Origin: Carpediemonas membranifera BICM
Lineage: Eukaryota > Protista > Fornicata
Direction of reading: 5' to 3'
Length of the DNA stretch: 64,000 nucleotides
Assembly (NCBI GenBank): GCA_019828565.1
Contig: JAHDYR010000008.1
Coordinates: 1-64,000 of the forward strand
A program made the position numbers and the translations under genes. Under the pieces are notes generated by a model. The model had not been told where the DNA came from. It saw nothing but the letters and a program-made list of their open reading frames with translations, and searched no databases. Of the stretch, positions 40,277-51,427 are shown in pieces. Numbering within the stretch: position 1 is the first letter of the stretch; every line of letters begins with the position of its first letter.

Positions 40277-41800
40277 ATGCAGCCGCTCGAATTCTCAGTA
40301 TCCGTCGCGGTTGCAGGGATTAAGTCGATTGATTCGACGTTGTGTGGGAGTGTCTCGTGCACTGTGAACGCTTTTAGCGTCATCGGTCTTTTGCTCGTCT
40401 CATTTCTGTGGATCCTCCTCATTTTGAGCCGTCAAGGCGTTCTCAACCGCCTTGAGAGGAAAATTGAGATTGAGAAAGCGACTCGTTGCGACGTTTCCGT
40501 CCCTGGGCTTGATCTATCGCAGCATCAGGTGTCCATGGTTATCTATGTCCGGCGCTACTGGCACACCGTCATTTCCACGATAGACTCGATGCCAATGGAG
40601 GGTCAACCGCCCCTAGAGGTCATACTTGTCACGGACAATGACAAGCGTCGTCCCTACAAGGAGCTTCACGCAAGGTTGAACGCCCGGCAGCGGTCCGGTA
40701 TCCCCATCACCCTCGCTACGGCCGGGCTATCGTGGCATAGCAGCCAAAAGTGCCATGCCCAGTTGTGCGGTGTGGCTCAGACCAGCGCTCAGTCCAAGTA
40801 CATCCTCTTCATGGACGAGGACGCCGTCCTCACCCGGTCGACCATTCCTGCCCTGGTGCACTCGCTCGCCACAAATCCAGATACTTTTGCGGCCACGGGT
40901 CTCGGGTTCGACTATCCAGTGCCTGGCACGCCTCTCTGGTCATACTTGCTCCTGGCATACCGCACTATCAACATGACCGCATTCATCACGGAGCGGCCCA
41001 ACTTTGCATGGGGCGGGTGCCTCATGATGCGGCGAGAAGATTTCTTTGTTAACAAGTACGCAATCTGTGATGCAATACGCGACGGAGCTTTTGCCATCGA
41101 CATGACAATATCTCACATTTGCAAGCGGGTGGGGCAGACGATCTCTGCACCCGTCGCTGCTATGTATTCAGCACCTCTCCGACCGCTAAGATTCGGATCG
41201 TATCTGAGATTTGTCCGGAGTCAATTATTTGTTCTCGGGACCCGATCCCAAGCAAGCTTTGATCGACTGCAGAATCTACTGATTTCCATTCTGATTCAGC
41301 TGATGCCGATCGTGTTTAGCCTTCCGATCTGGTGTCTGTTCATCGAATCTCCATATATTTGGGCCAGGATGCTTCTAGGATTCGACGGTTGTTTCGTTTC
41401 CCGCTTATTTGTTCTTATCCTTGCCGCGGCGTGCGCACTAACCCTCATCATCGAGGCTCGCATCGTGAGGGTCTACCACAAGCTTGCGACAGCCCTTTAC
41501 GGCCGGGGCACCCTCGAGCCTCTCCATGTGAACCCGATACTTTTTACCCTCGGGATGGGGCTCCATCTCTTGCTGGTACCGCTGGTGTCCATTCATCTTT
41601 TGATTACCAACAGGATCATCGTAGGCGGTGTGATGTATCAACGCGCTGGGGGTCGCATCATTGGCGTTCACAGACCCGAGGTCGACCCGATCACGAGGAA
41701 GACTGTCAACTGGCGAACTAGGGCCTGGGGAACCAGCCTTGCCGCCGCAATCGCACGAGACCACCGTTTTGGCCTCCTGCACGCGCCAACTCTAGTTTAA
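40277..41800 (+). CDS. Glucosylceramide synthase-like glycosyltransferase (GT-A, GT21-like)
   Basis: SSQKCHAQL, LFMDED, FAWGGCLMM..DF and DMT resemble plant-type GCS; N- and C-terminal TMs. Confidence 0.75.
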   Translation: MQPLEFSVSVAVAGIKSIDSTLCGSVSCTVNAFSVIGLLLVSFLWILLILSRQGVLNRLERKIEIEKATRCDVSVPGLDLSQHQVSMVIYVRRYWHTVISTIDSMPMEGQPPLEVILVTDNDKRRPYKELHARLNARQRSGIPITLATAGLSWHSSQKCHAQLCGVAQTSAQSKYILFMDEDAVLTRSTIPALVHSLATNPDTFAATGLGFDYPVPGTPLWSYLLLAYRTINMTAFITERPNFAWGGCLMMRREDFFVNKYAICDAIRDGAFAIDMTISHICKRVGQTISAPVAAMYSAPLRPLRFGSYLRFVRSQLFVLGTRSQASFDRLQNLLISILIQLMPIVFSLPIWCLFIESPYIWARMLLGFDGCFVSRLFVLILAAACALTLIIEARIVRVYHKLATALYGRGTLEPLHVNPILFTLGMGLHLLLVPLVSIHLLITNRIIVGGVMYQRAGGRIIGVHRPEVDPITRKTVNWRTRAWGTSLAAAIARDHRFGLLHAPTLV

Positions 41801-42077
41801 TCATATTTTGATAAACTTTTCGCGCGAAATCTGGTTAAGAATTAAAACCTGGAAACCCTCTGGTTTAAAACTGGCAGCTGGCGCAGAAAAGTGGTGTAGA
41901 TTAGCGCAGAGGACCATCGCCCTTGTCAATGTTCAATCCCATCATCTCTTCGCGACGCCTGATGCGAACCCAGGCTCCACTTGGGGTTACCGGGCAGGTG
42001 GCAAAAATAAAGTTGGAGTTTAAAAATGATATGATACGAATCAAGTTTCAGAAATGAGTCCATCAAATCGGAGACCC

Positions 42078-43250
42078 TCACGTTGTCTCACTCTCGAGGA
42101 ACTCGACCCACAACCGCCCCAGCGTCATCTTCCCGTCGGGGTTACTCGGGGCTAAGGCCAATCCCAGCGCCACCAGCTCTTGCCGATCAAACTTCATGAC
42201 GTTGGTAGCGAATTCCAGGACCTGAGCCCGCTTGGCTGGGTCGGGGTTTGATCCAAGGGAGACGATGATGGACTTGGCAATGCCGACGTCGACTCGATCA
42301 GACTCAGAGGTCGCCAACGAATGGACCTGCTGTGAGAGGCGATCCACGGCGGTCATGGCAGATCCAAGGTCCCGATTGAGCTGGTGCTTCTCAGCGGTGA
42401 GTGTCCTAATCGTCTGCTGGAGCTTGGCGTGCTCCTCGAGGGAGAGCTGGGCCCCGGAGTCTCGGTCACACAGCTCCTTCTCGGCCTCAGCCAACTTCTT
42501 CGCAGTCTGCGCGAGTCTGCTGTTTGCTACCGCTAGCCTGCTGTCGTAGTCGGCGGCCAATGCATCAAATGCTAACCTCTGCGCCGCAATGGCCTGCTTG
42601 TAGCTTTCTACGTCTGCAGCAGCGGCACTGTTGTCCTTAGACGCCTGTGTGTTGCTACTGTTCTCCTTCCGCTCCTTCTCCAGCGCAGCCTTGGTCTCAT
42701 CGAGCTGTGACTCGAGCAAGTCGACCGTCTGAAGCAAGTTATCACGCTTTGCCTTAAGCCCGGTATTCTCACCTTTCAACTTCGCCATGACAGTCCTCGT
42801 AGCGTTGAGCTCGTTCAGTTGCCGCTCAATCCGCTCCCACGCGCCGCCCCCGCTCTGTCGGGGCCCAATAGTCAGCGCAGAATCCGACAACGGCAGTGAG
42901 TTAGAGCGAGAAAGGCGGCCTCTGCGCACAGGCGTCCCATCAGCTGGCGTGATTGGAGGGTTCGTGGTCTTCTTCACCTGGTCGCGGAAGGCCATGGCGT
43001 CGGCACTCGTCTGGGCAAGTGTTCGGCGGGTCTCAGCGAGCTGCTTCTGATAAAACTGCTCTTTTTCTGTCAGTTGTTGCCGTAATGCGTTCTCTCGAGC
43101 GATTGAAGCCCTTCGTTCGTCCTCCAGGAGGGCGATCTTCTGTTTCATGGACTCCATGACCTCGTTCTCTTGTCCTTCCTGCTCTGTATCTTCTGCTAGT
43201 GCATCTTTCATCATCGTCGCAATGCCAGAGAATCTTCCCCGCCCCCACAT
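42078..43250 (-). CDS. GMAP210/Rud3-like golgin (coiled coil + GRAB + GA1)
   Basis: C-terminal RVD..IAKSII..KRAQVL..VMKF..E..LGL and LGRLWVEFLESET. Confidence 0.7.
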   Translation of the reverse strand: MWGRGRFSGIATMMKDALAEDTEQEGQENEVMESMKQKIALLEDERRASIARENALRQQLTEKEQFYQKQLAETRRTLAQTSADAMAFRDQVKKTTNPPITPADGTPVRRGRLSRSNSLPLSDSALTIGPRQSGGGAWERIERQLNELNATRTVMAKLKGENTGLKAKRDNLLQTVDLLESQLDETKAALEKERKENSSNTQASKDNSAAAADVESYKQAIAAQRLAFDALAADYDSRLAVANSRLAQTAKKLAEAEKELCDRDSGAQLSLEEHAKLQQTIRTLTAEKHQLNRDLGSAMTAVDRLSQQVHSLATSESDRVDVGIAKSIIVSLGSNPDPAKRAQVLEFATNVMKFDRQELVALGLALAPSNPDGKMTLGRLWVEFLESETT

Positions 43251-43409
43251 TTGCTCACTGAGAATTTGTCGTTTGCCCGAAATCGACTCAACCGAGGAAG
43301 AGAGGTTGACCGCACGATGCGTGCCAGCATGCTCTCCTGAGCGCATAGATACAGCTATTTATTCGAACGGCCGCTGGTTGTCCTGGTTAAAACACAAGAG
43401 TGTCGCGCC

Positions 43410-43885
43410 TCAAAGGAGATACTTGCGGGCGACATTGGCAACCTTCTCCCTGAAAGAGTCGCTGCTGATAGCCTGGCCCTCCACATAGAAAGGGTTCATG
43501 ACGTGCCTGAGGTAGCATTCGTTAATGTCGAGAAAGAAAGACCGAATGGCGTCCTCGCTCTTGATGGAAGTCGAAGAGGTTGGCTCCGCTAGAAGCATGA
43601 ACCTTGTTACTGTGTCAGTAGTTGGAGAAAGAACATACGGCCGGCCGTGATGTAGGCGAAAATGGACTTGTCGTTGAAGCGGTCTACGCACCGAAGGAAC
43701 CATTGAGTAGTAGACGCTTGCGCCTCATCCACACAATCAAGGGCGGCATGAATGATGAACTGGTTCAGATGGCCAGATTCAGACTGTATGAGGTTATTGT
43801 GGTGAATACTGACAGCATCGCCATTCAGGACATATTCAAAGATTGGAGAATCATTTTTGCTAACAATAACGAACGAATAGCTCAT
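43410..43885 (-). CDS. TRAPPC2: TRAPP subunit 2 (sedlin/Trs20); introns 43784-43813 and 43610-43638
   Basis: FVIVSKNDSPIFE, HLNQFIIHAALD, VDRFN..AYITAG and MNPFY. Confidence 0.95.
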
Positions 43886-44097
43886 GAGAGTCTCTCAGTG
43901 GTGCGTCCTGCCGTGGTTTCGATTTCGTGACATAAACTGCGAAATGACGAAAGTGACCCAGCTTGGAGCCTATTATGCCGGTATAGGCTTTGGAGATAAG
44001 GTAGTCGTTGAATTGCTAATTTTGCCCAAGTTTTGTGACACGCAGTTTTGGCGCGCAACCGAAGCCGACCGCTCGGCTAACAACAAATAGGGGGCAC

Positions 44098-45451
44098 ATG
44101 AACAGAGATTGGTTCGTAGCAACCGAAATAGCATGGGGGAAAGTCGATTCCTTCCCCTGGTGGCCGTGTGTGGTCGTTAAGGATCCTCCTGAAGCAATCA
44201 TTGCGTCGCGCATCCATCTAGTACGCTACGAGTATTGCGTTTGTACTTTTGACACCAATTATGACACAGGTTAAGTTCTTTACCGGCGATCCTGACGAGG
44301 AAGACGAGTTTGCCTGGGTTACTCCCGAAGATCTCAAGAAATGGCATGAATTCGACCCCATGCCTCTCTCTGATGACATCAAGGCGCCATACGAGGAAGC
44401 TAAGGCCGCGTTGGCCATGCAGTCAGAGCCCCAGGCCCCCTACCTCGTCGGTGCAGCCATCCCGACCGACATCATCCGGACGGTGCAGTTCCCCTACATG
44501 CGGCTCGAGAAGGCCATCATGAACAGGGCCCTGGAGCATCTCGGGGGCAAGGGAAAGGATTCATACAGCAATATGAAGAAGCTGCTGCACGACGACCTTG
44601 AGACAGGCCCACTGTCTGAACCGGCCGATTTCTGGGGCTGCGTGCTCGCTGACGGGACCCTCTTGACCGTAGGAGACTGTGTCAGGGTCCAGCACGGCGA
44701 CAGGTGGGATGGCATCCGTGTCGAGCGCATCTACGTCGGCAGTGCCCAAGGCCAGCCCGTGTTCGTCCATGGCACCAGCTTGGCCGGCCGGTCTGACGGC
44801 AGTCGGCTTCTTTCAGTAGAAAAGCGCGGCCGCATGGCGACTTGGGCCGAGGTGACCCGGATCACAGTTGTCCGGGCTGACGAGCCTGGCGAGACGGGCT
44901 TCTGCTGCCCAGACCTCGAGCCCCTGCCCGAGCTGCCTGAGGAGGACGCGTTGATTGAGCCGCCAAGTCCCGAGGACGTCCTGCAGGACATCGGGGTGCC
45001 CCTCCCGCCCGGCCTCACGCTGAAGCAGATGACGGCGGATAAGGTCGCCTCCACCAAGCCGACTAACCCTAAGTGCGTGTTCTGCGGCAAGCACGATTCC
45101 AGCATCATCGGCCCAATCAAGTCGAGCAAGAAGGCGGGGATATACTTCCACGAGATGTGCGCGCTTAGTCTCCCAGAGGTTTGGAGAGCGGCGCCCTCGC
45201 AGCTTGTCAAGGCCGGGCTGACCCCGCATGAGACGCTGGGCGATCATTGCTGGTTCAATGTCGCCAAGTCGTTCAAGAGAGCTGGCCCGCTCAGGTGTAG
45301 CATCTGCAGCAAGCTGGGTGCGGGCGTGGGTTGCTGGGTGCCCAGTTGCCGCGTCTCCGTGCACTATCACTGTGCGTGCCAGACTGGCTGGGTGTACAAG
45401 CCGGAGCTGCACGGCCAGTTCTTCTGCGAGAAGCATCGGAAGATGGTATAG
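44098..45451 (+). CDS. PWWP-BAH-extended PHD chromatin reader; intron 44239-44269
   Basis: AWGKVDSFPWWPC..VKFF..FAWV (PWWP); DGTLLTVGDCVRV..RVERIY (BAH-like); C2HC + PHD at the C-terminus. Confidence 0.85.
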
Positions 45452-47312
45452 CCTGCTGGGCGAGTGTATTGTTGTAAAGCCGCGTCAAGACCACTGGAGT
45501 GCCATAAAGTTGAAGCGAACTGCGATCATTTATGCTCAATACTTCAGTTATGGTGCGTCACGCATGACCCTTGACCCGCGCGGTGATGGCCCTGATCTTC
45601 TCGGTCAGCTCCTTCCTGCGATCGAGCTCCTTCATCAGCACACGTACCTTCCGCAGATTCTCCTCTTCGGTCTCCCGGATCCTCTTCTGCATCTCGAGTT
45701 CCTTCTGTAGGATGCGGGGGACGGTCTCATTCGTGAATCTCCTGGCCTCCATCATTTCCTGGACCTCGGCAGTCATCGTCCGAATCATCGCGCGCGCTTC
45801 TGACTCCAGCTTCTCCTTCTGCTCAGCCGCCTCGATCTTGGTGTCGGCCAGCTCGGCGCTGAGTGCATCGACCTCCTTCTGTAAGCCCTCTTGGCGCTTG
45901 ATGTCCTCCTGCATGCGTTGGACCTCGCGCTTGTCGTTCTTGCGCTTCTGATCCTGCTTCAGCTCAATCATTCGCGTGACGCTCTCGATCTCCTCGTCCA
46001 GCGCTGCCTCCATTGACGTCATCGAAGCCGCCTCGGCCCTCACACTCTCGGCCTTAAGCTCCAGCTCGGTCTTGGTCTTCGCCTTGGTCGCGGCCTCCGC
46101 TTTCAGGCTCGAGTCAAAGTCAACAAGCGTCTTGCGGCACGCCTTAACCTCGGCCAGCGTCCCGTCGAGCAGGCTGACGGTGCCGGCCAGCTGCGGGGGA
46201 CGTTGTCCCTGAGGGAGTCGACGATCTGCCGCTTGGCGTCTTCAGTCTGGCGGCACTGCGCCTCGACCTGCTCCACCTGGCTTCTGATCGTGGAGAGCCC
46301 CTCCTGGAGGATGTCCCTGGCTTTGACGAGCTCGCTCGTGCCCTGCTGCCGCAGTCTCTTCTCAGCGTCCTCGAGGTCCTTCTTGTGGGCTGCCAGACGA
46401 GCCTTGGGCGCCTCAACGCGCGCCAGGGACGACGAGGCAAGCTTGTCCAGCTCTGCACGGAGCAGCTTGATCTCTGCCTCGTTGGATGCTGTCTGCTCGA
46501 CGAGCTCATTGGTGGCGCGGATGATGTCCTCGCACTCGGCCTCAATCACCTCCTGGCGGTGAGGGTCTGCCTCCTCGAGGCCCAGCATCGCGCAGACCTG
46601 GCGTTCGGAGTTCGGGTCGTCCACGGGGAGGCCCGCGCATGCGAGGGCGGCGTCGCCCAAGCCTTCCTGCTCGCCATCCATGACGGTGCCCTCTGGCATC
46701 GCCCTGATCCTCTCTTGGTGTTCTGCGACTTGCGCGTTCATCGTGAGGCACGCGTTGTTCAAGCTTTTGAGCACGACAGGAAGGTGGGTCATCTCCTGCC
46801 CTGCCCGGGGGAACTCGCTCAGGTAGTTCATGTCCTCTTTGAGCCCCAGCTCCATCGCTGTGGCGAAGGCCTTGCTGGCGTTCTTGCGAAACTCCGCGAG
46901 GCTTCGCTTGTCGCCATCAGCAACGATGTCGATCTGTACACCAACGTGTTCGAGAGCAATGTGCCTGATGGCTCGACAGAGCGTAGGCATGGATTTCGTA
47001 AGGCTATCTTCGGATACAGCCTCCTTAAAGCCCGAAAACGCAAGCCATTCGATGATGGAGGCGACGTCGGGGCCGCCACGCGTCCGCGAGGGCGTCTTTG
47101 GCGCTTTGGCTACCGATTTTGGCACCGCAAGAGTCGTGCGTCTCTTGCCCGGCGTGCGGGCTCTCGTACTTAGCCCAAATGTCTGTCGGCGCTGCATATT
47201 GCGGAAATCTCATTCATATTCTGCACCGAAGACTACGGCCGGCACGACTGCAGACTGCTCTGCCTGTGGCATGGGTAGGCCGTAGTAATGCTGTTCTGAT
47301 AGTAGCCGGCCT
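44967..47312 (+). repeat. Donor copy of the direct duplication (matches 4861-7208)
   Basis: Here the ePHD is continuous with its intact parent gene, so this is the source copy. Confidence 0.95.
45558..47197 (-). CDS. Ndc80/Nuf2-like protein, copy B, -1 frameshift at 46195-46199
   Basis: G5 here versus G6 in copy A (6089-6094); restoring the base gives the same 546-aa protein. Confidence 0.6.
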
Positions 47313-47406
47313 TTATTCACCCGCATTCACCGTCCTCAGCCGACCACTTGCCCAAGAATTTCAGTGCTTCCCAGTGAGATTACGAGCAATCCGCAATTTT
47401 ATAAGT

Positions 47407-48859
47407 CTAGATCTGAGGCTTGTCGCTCTTCCGTGACGCCTTCACCGCGGCCTTGTTGCCGTGCGTCCCGGCCGTCTTCCTCAGCGGCATCACGGCTGCA
47501 CCAGCCCTGACGACCTCGCGCTCCCTGATCTGGCGGTGGTAGTTGGCTGTGTTGTTCCACTCGCGGCCAAGAGGCGCGGCCATGATGGCGTTGTGTTCAT
47601 CGGATGAAATCAGAGGGTGCGCTGTCTTGCTGGCCTGGTACTTTGCAAAGCCCTTCATGCGACTCACGTCCCGGCCGTACGTCACAGTGCTCTGCTTCTT
47701 GGCGATCGCTGCGGTCTTTTGGATGGCTGCCCGCCGTCTCTGTCGTTTCTTGCTCTTGTTGCTGGCTCCGGCGCCAGCCCAGTAGTTCAGACCGACCGTG
47801 TCCCGTTGGGGCGCAGCTCCCTCGTCGTCGCTAGCCTCGTCAAACCCGGCAGCAGCAGCAGCTACGTTCGTCTCGGCGTCCTCGTCGCTGGACTCGTCGC
47901 TGGACTCGTCTCCCGCGTCAAAGTCGAGGCTGATGCCCATCCCGCCCTTGCGTTCCTCCTCTTCATCCTCCAGGCCCGAGTCCGTGTCCGTCTCCGAGTC
48001 TGAGTCGCCCCGCCGGTCGTGAGTCTCGCGTGTGTCGTACCGGAGGCCCGTGGGAGCGTCGGCATCGCTGTCACTGTCACTGTCATTGTTCTGTATGAAC
48101 GCCAGGTGAGAGTACTGCCCGGCGATACCCTTCAGGTACCTCTGGGCCCTGGTCTCATCGTCTTCGTCAGAATCAGAGTCGGAGTTGGACTCATGCTTGG
48201 CGGCGTACGTCGCCTCGATGTTCTCCCCGCTCCGGATCATCGCCTCGAGGTCCGCCTCACGGTTCATCTCGGCCTGTTCGAGACGCCGCTCGGCCTCCTC
48301 CTCTGCGATGGTCTGGGCGATAGCCTCGGCCTTCTTACGTTCTCTCTTACGGCGCTCGCGAGCACCCCGGGACTTTTTCGCGCGGAACTTATTCCTTGAC
48401 TCTGTTTGGGCGGCGAGGGCGCGTCTCTTGGCTTTCTCGACCCAATCGGGCACCTTCTTTCCAACTTCGAGCACATCGTCCTCGGTCTGCGGCTTGTAAA
48501 GGGCCCTCTCGAGTGCGTCGGTGGGAACTATGTGTCCAGCAAGCTTGTTGGCCGTCAATCTCGACTTGGATGACCCGATCTGTTGGTCGTGGTAGACGAT
48601 GGTCCGTTTAGCGCGGTTGCTTTTCACGATACCGTCCCAGTCGTCAGCCTCCTTGTGTGAGCGTTTCTTGGCAACAGCTCTGTCGGCTGCCTGTTGCACA
48701 GCTGTGGGGAGGTTCTTCGTAATACCCGTGATCTCCTTTTCATGGCGGCTGAGCTTTGCAACCTGCTCGGCGCCAGGATCTGAGTAATAATTACGAAACA
48801 AAACACAAACTATTGGCCAATGCCGCCGCAAAAAGATCCTCTTGCGAAAACTCGCTCAT
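47407..48859 (-). CDS. UTP14: U3 snoRNP-associated protein 14; intron 48780-48810
   Basis: WDGIVKSNR, WAG.G and PLGREWN; a 31-nt intron links the ATG at 48859. Confidence 0.85.
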
Positions 48860-49299
48860 CTTGAAGGGAGCAGTTTTAGATCATTTACGTTCACGTAAAT
48901 GCCCTGTCAAGCGTATTTGAGTGTCTTCGCTCGATATGAGTCTCGCCGGTCAACTGTTCACCGTTCCCAAGGGCTACACTGCGTGGCTAAGCACGGGTGC
49001 TGATCAAGCAACAACGGTGGATTGAAGCAGCCCTTATGTGGGCAGAATTGGCTATGATTCGCCATAATTCCGTGCTTGTGGGCTATTACTATTAGAGAAT
49101 AACAGCCCCAGCTCGTCATCGGATGATCATCAGTCTCCAACGATGATGTCCAACGATGTCCGAAGGGAACACACGAGAGGCTTGTCTGACAGCACACGGC
49201 ATTAGGACCGTCTATTTGGCCTGACCAGGGGGTCTCTGATAGATATACATGCGTCGTAAATCATGTAAATCGCTTGACAACGTCGACAGGAGCTCATTC

Positions 49300-50075
49300 A
49301 TGAACATCCGTTTGTCTCAGGCCTTACTATGACACAGCATGCGATGAATTCGCGAATATCAACCTATACCCCAGGTACTACGCCGAGTTGGCCCGCAAAG
49401 TCGAAGAAATGGCAGAAATGGAGACTTTCATCCTATTCGCTGCCCCTGTGATCAATTGTATGTTCCCAAATCCCATTGTATGAATCATTTACACCAGACT
49501 TTGAAGAAGAGCAGCAAGATCAGTATCTTAGCGTCGTTGAAAAGCCAATGGACCTCGGCACGGTTGCCCACAGCACCCGGAGCGGAGAATACCTCTTCTT
49601 GTGGCAGTTCATACAAGATGTTGACCTCATACGATCGAACTGCATCCTCTACTACGGCGACTCTGGGGAGTTGGTTCCCATAGCTAATCAGATCAACAGC
49701 GAGATGGCAACAATTGTCAGTTCGGTGATCGGGCAACCCTTTACAACCACCATGTTCAATCAGATAGTAGCAGGAACATTCACCAAGAAGGCACCCGACT
49801 TCCCCTGCGTCGACCTGCTAGCCGGCATGATGACGTATATCCCAGAAGATAAGCTCGGTAGAACGGTGCGGCGACTCATCGAACACGCCGGTATAGAGAT
49901 TGAGGAGGGGGCAGAGAGGCTAGATGTTGATATCACTGCCCTCAGCGTGGACAACTTCTTGTGGCTTTGGAGTGAGGCTCGGAGGCTGTCTAGCATCGCC
50001 AAGAACAGGCGGGATGGTGTGGCCAAGTATGTAGCGTCGGCGGCAGAGTCTTATGAGCAGAAGAACGCTGATTAA
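49300..50075 (+). CDS. Single-bromodomain + ET-domain protein; introns 49310-49337 and 49458-49497
   Basis: FAAPV..Y..VVEKPMDLGTV..F..DV.LI.SNC (bromodomain); P.DKLGR.V..DVDITAL (ET). Confidence 0.85.
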
Positions 50076-50248
50076 ACATTTTTACTGGGCCGGTGTCGAC
50101 CGGGGGCTGAAAGAGATGGGGTGCCCTGGTAATGTCAGCATAGGAAGAGCTTCAGCAGAGTGGCTTGCCCGTTTCTCCCTGCTTTGAGGACCCGACTCGA
50201 CCGACTGTCAACAGCGCGCATTGGCGCACTCAACACGGAAATCCAGCA

Positions 50249-51427
50249 ATGGAGCTGAACAAGCCGCAGGAGGAAGAAGAAACGTTCAAAGATGCTATCC
50301 CTTATCTATATGACCTGTTTGTGGAGATCGAGCAGGGCTCCACGTGCCAGACGGCCATTTCCCTCCGAGACTTCGAGATCGACAACGAGAAGGAGACGGA
50401 GACGTACTCATTCATCTCCAGCGTGTCAAACGAAGACGGGACCTTCGCCATGAACACCGCCACTGTTTCCATTACCACAAAGCAGACCATCGAAGGCCGA
50501 CACGACCACTACCTTCACTGCAAGCGCCACGAGCTCCGTCACAAGGGGATCCACGTCTCCAGCTCCGAGCTGTGCGCCCTGCCTTCGGAATGCAACCGGA
50601 TCCGCCAGGCCCCGGGCAACCGCGGGCCCCTCTCGGACCGGCTCGCGGCCCGGCAGGCGGACGGGACAGTGCTTCTGTTCAAGGACCACAAGACAACGCT
50701 CCCGACCTCCCTCCACGGGGCCTCAGGCGACATGTTCCCGATCTCCTGGGCGCCCACGAACTATCTCTCGACAGCTTCCACTGAGGGCGCGGTGGTCTAT
50801 TGGGACCTCGAGGGCGGTGACCAGCAGGCCATGTCGCTCAAGACATCCTGGGCCGACCGCACGATCAACGACATCGACTGGCTCGACAATCACACGATGC
50901 TAGTTTCCACCGACGGAAAGTCTCTGGCAGTTTTGGACACTAGGATGGCGACGCCCGCCGCTGTTGTGGAGGAGGCGCACTACGATGATGTTATATGCGG
51001 CAAACACGGCCCCGATAACTATGTAATCACGTGTGCGGGCAAGGACTGGGTACTTAGAGACCTCCGGGCCCTCGGGACGCCCCTGTACTATGCGCCAGAG
51101 ACTCACAAGGACGACATATACGCCCTCGAATGGTCCCCCGCCATACCCACCGTCTTTGCCACGGGGGCGACAGACGGGTCGGTGCGGGTGTGGGACTTGG
51201 CTCTGGTCGGGAGAGAGCAGGCGACGGGTGACAAGGAGGACGGTCCGCCCGAGCTAGTGTTCGACCACCGTGGACATGAAGAGACTGTGAATGATCTACA
51301 GTGGAGCAGCAGGCCGTGGACGCTGGTGTCTGCGGGTGGAGAATGCAGCGTGCAGATGTGGGAGCCGGCCCAGACGAGCCACAGGACGGTGCAGCCGTGG
51401 GACATCAAGGACGACGACGTAATGTAG
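50249..51427 (+). CDS. RBBP4: RBBP4/MSI1-like WD40 histone chaperone
   Basis: PYLYDL, ECNRIR, VRVWDL..G.EQ...D.EDGPPELVFDHRGH and PWTLVS. Confidence 0.88.
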   Translation: MELNKPQEEEETFKDAIPYLYDLFVEIEQGSTCQTAISLRDFEIDNEKETETYSFISSVSNEDGTFAMNTATVSITTKQTIEGRHDHYLHCKRHELRHKGIHVSSSELCALPSECNRIRQAPGNRGPLSDRLAARQADGTVLLFKDHKTTLPTSLHGASGDMFPISWAPTNYLSTASTEGAVVYWDLEGGDQQAMSLKTSWADRTINDIDWLDNHTMLVSTDGKSLAVLDTRMATPAAVVEEAHYDDVICGKHGPDNYVITCAGKDWVLRDLRALGTPLYYAPETHKDDIYALEWSPAIPTVFATGATDGSVRVWDLALVGREQATGDKEDGPPELVFDHRGHEETVNDLQWSSRPWTLVSAGGECSVQMWEPAQTSHRTVQPWDIKDDDVM

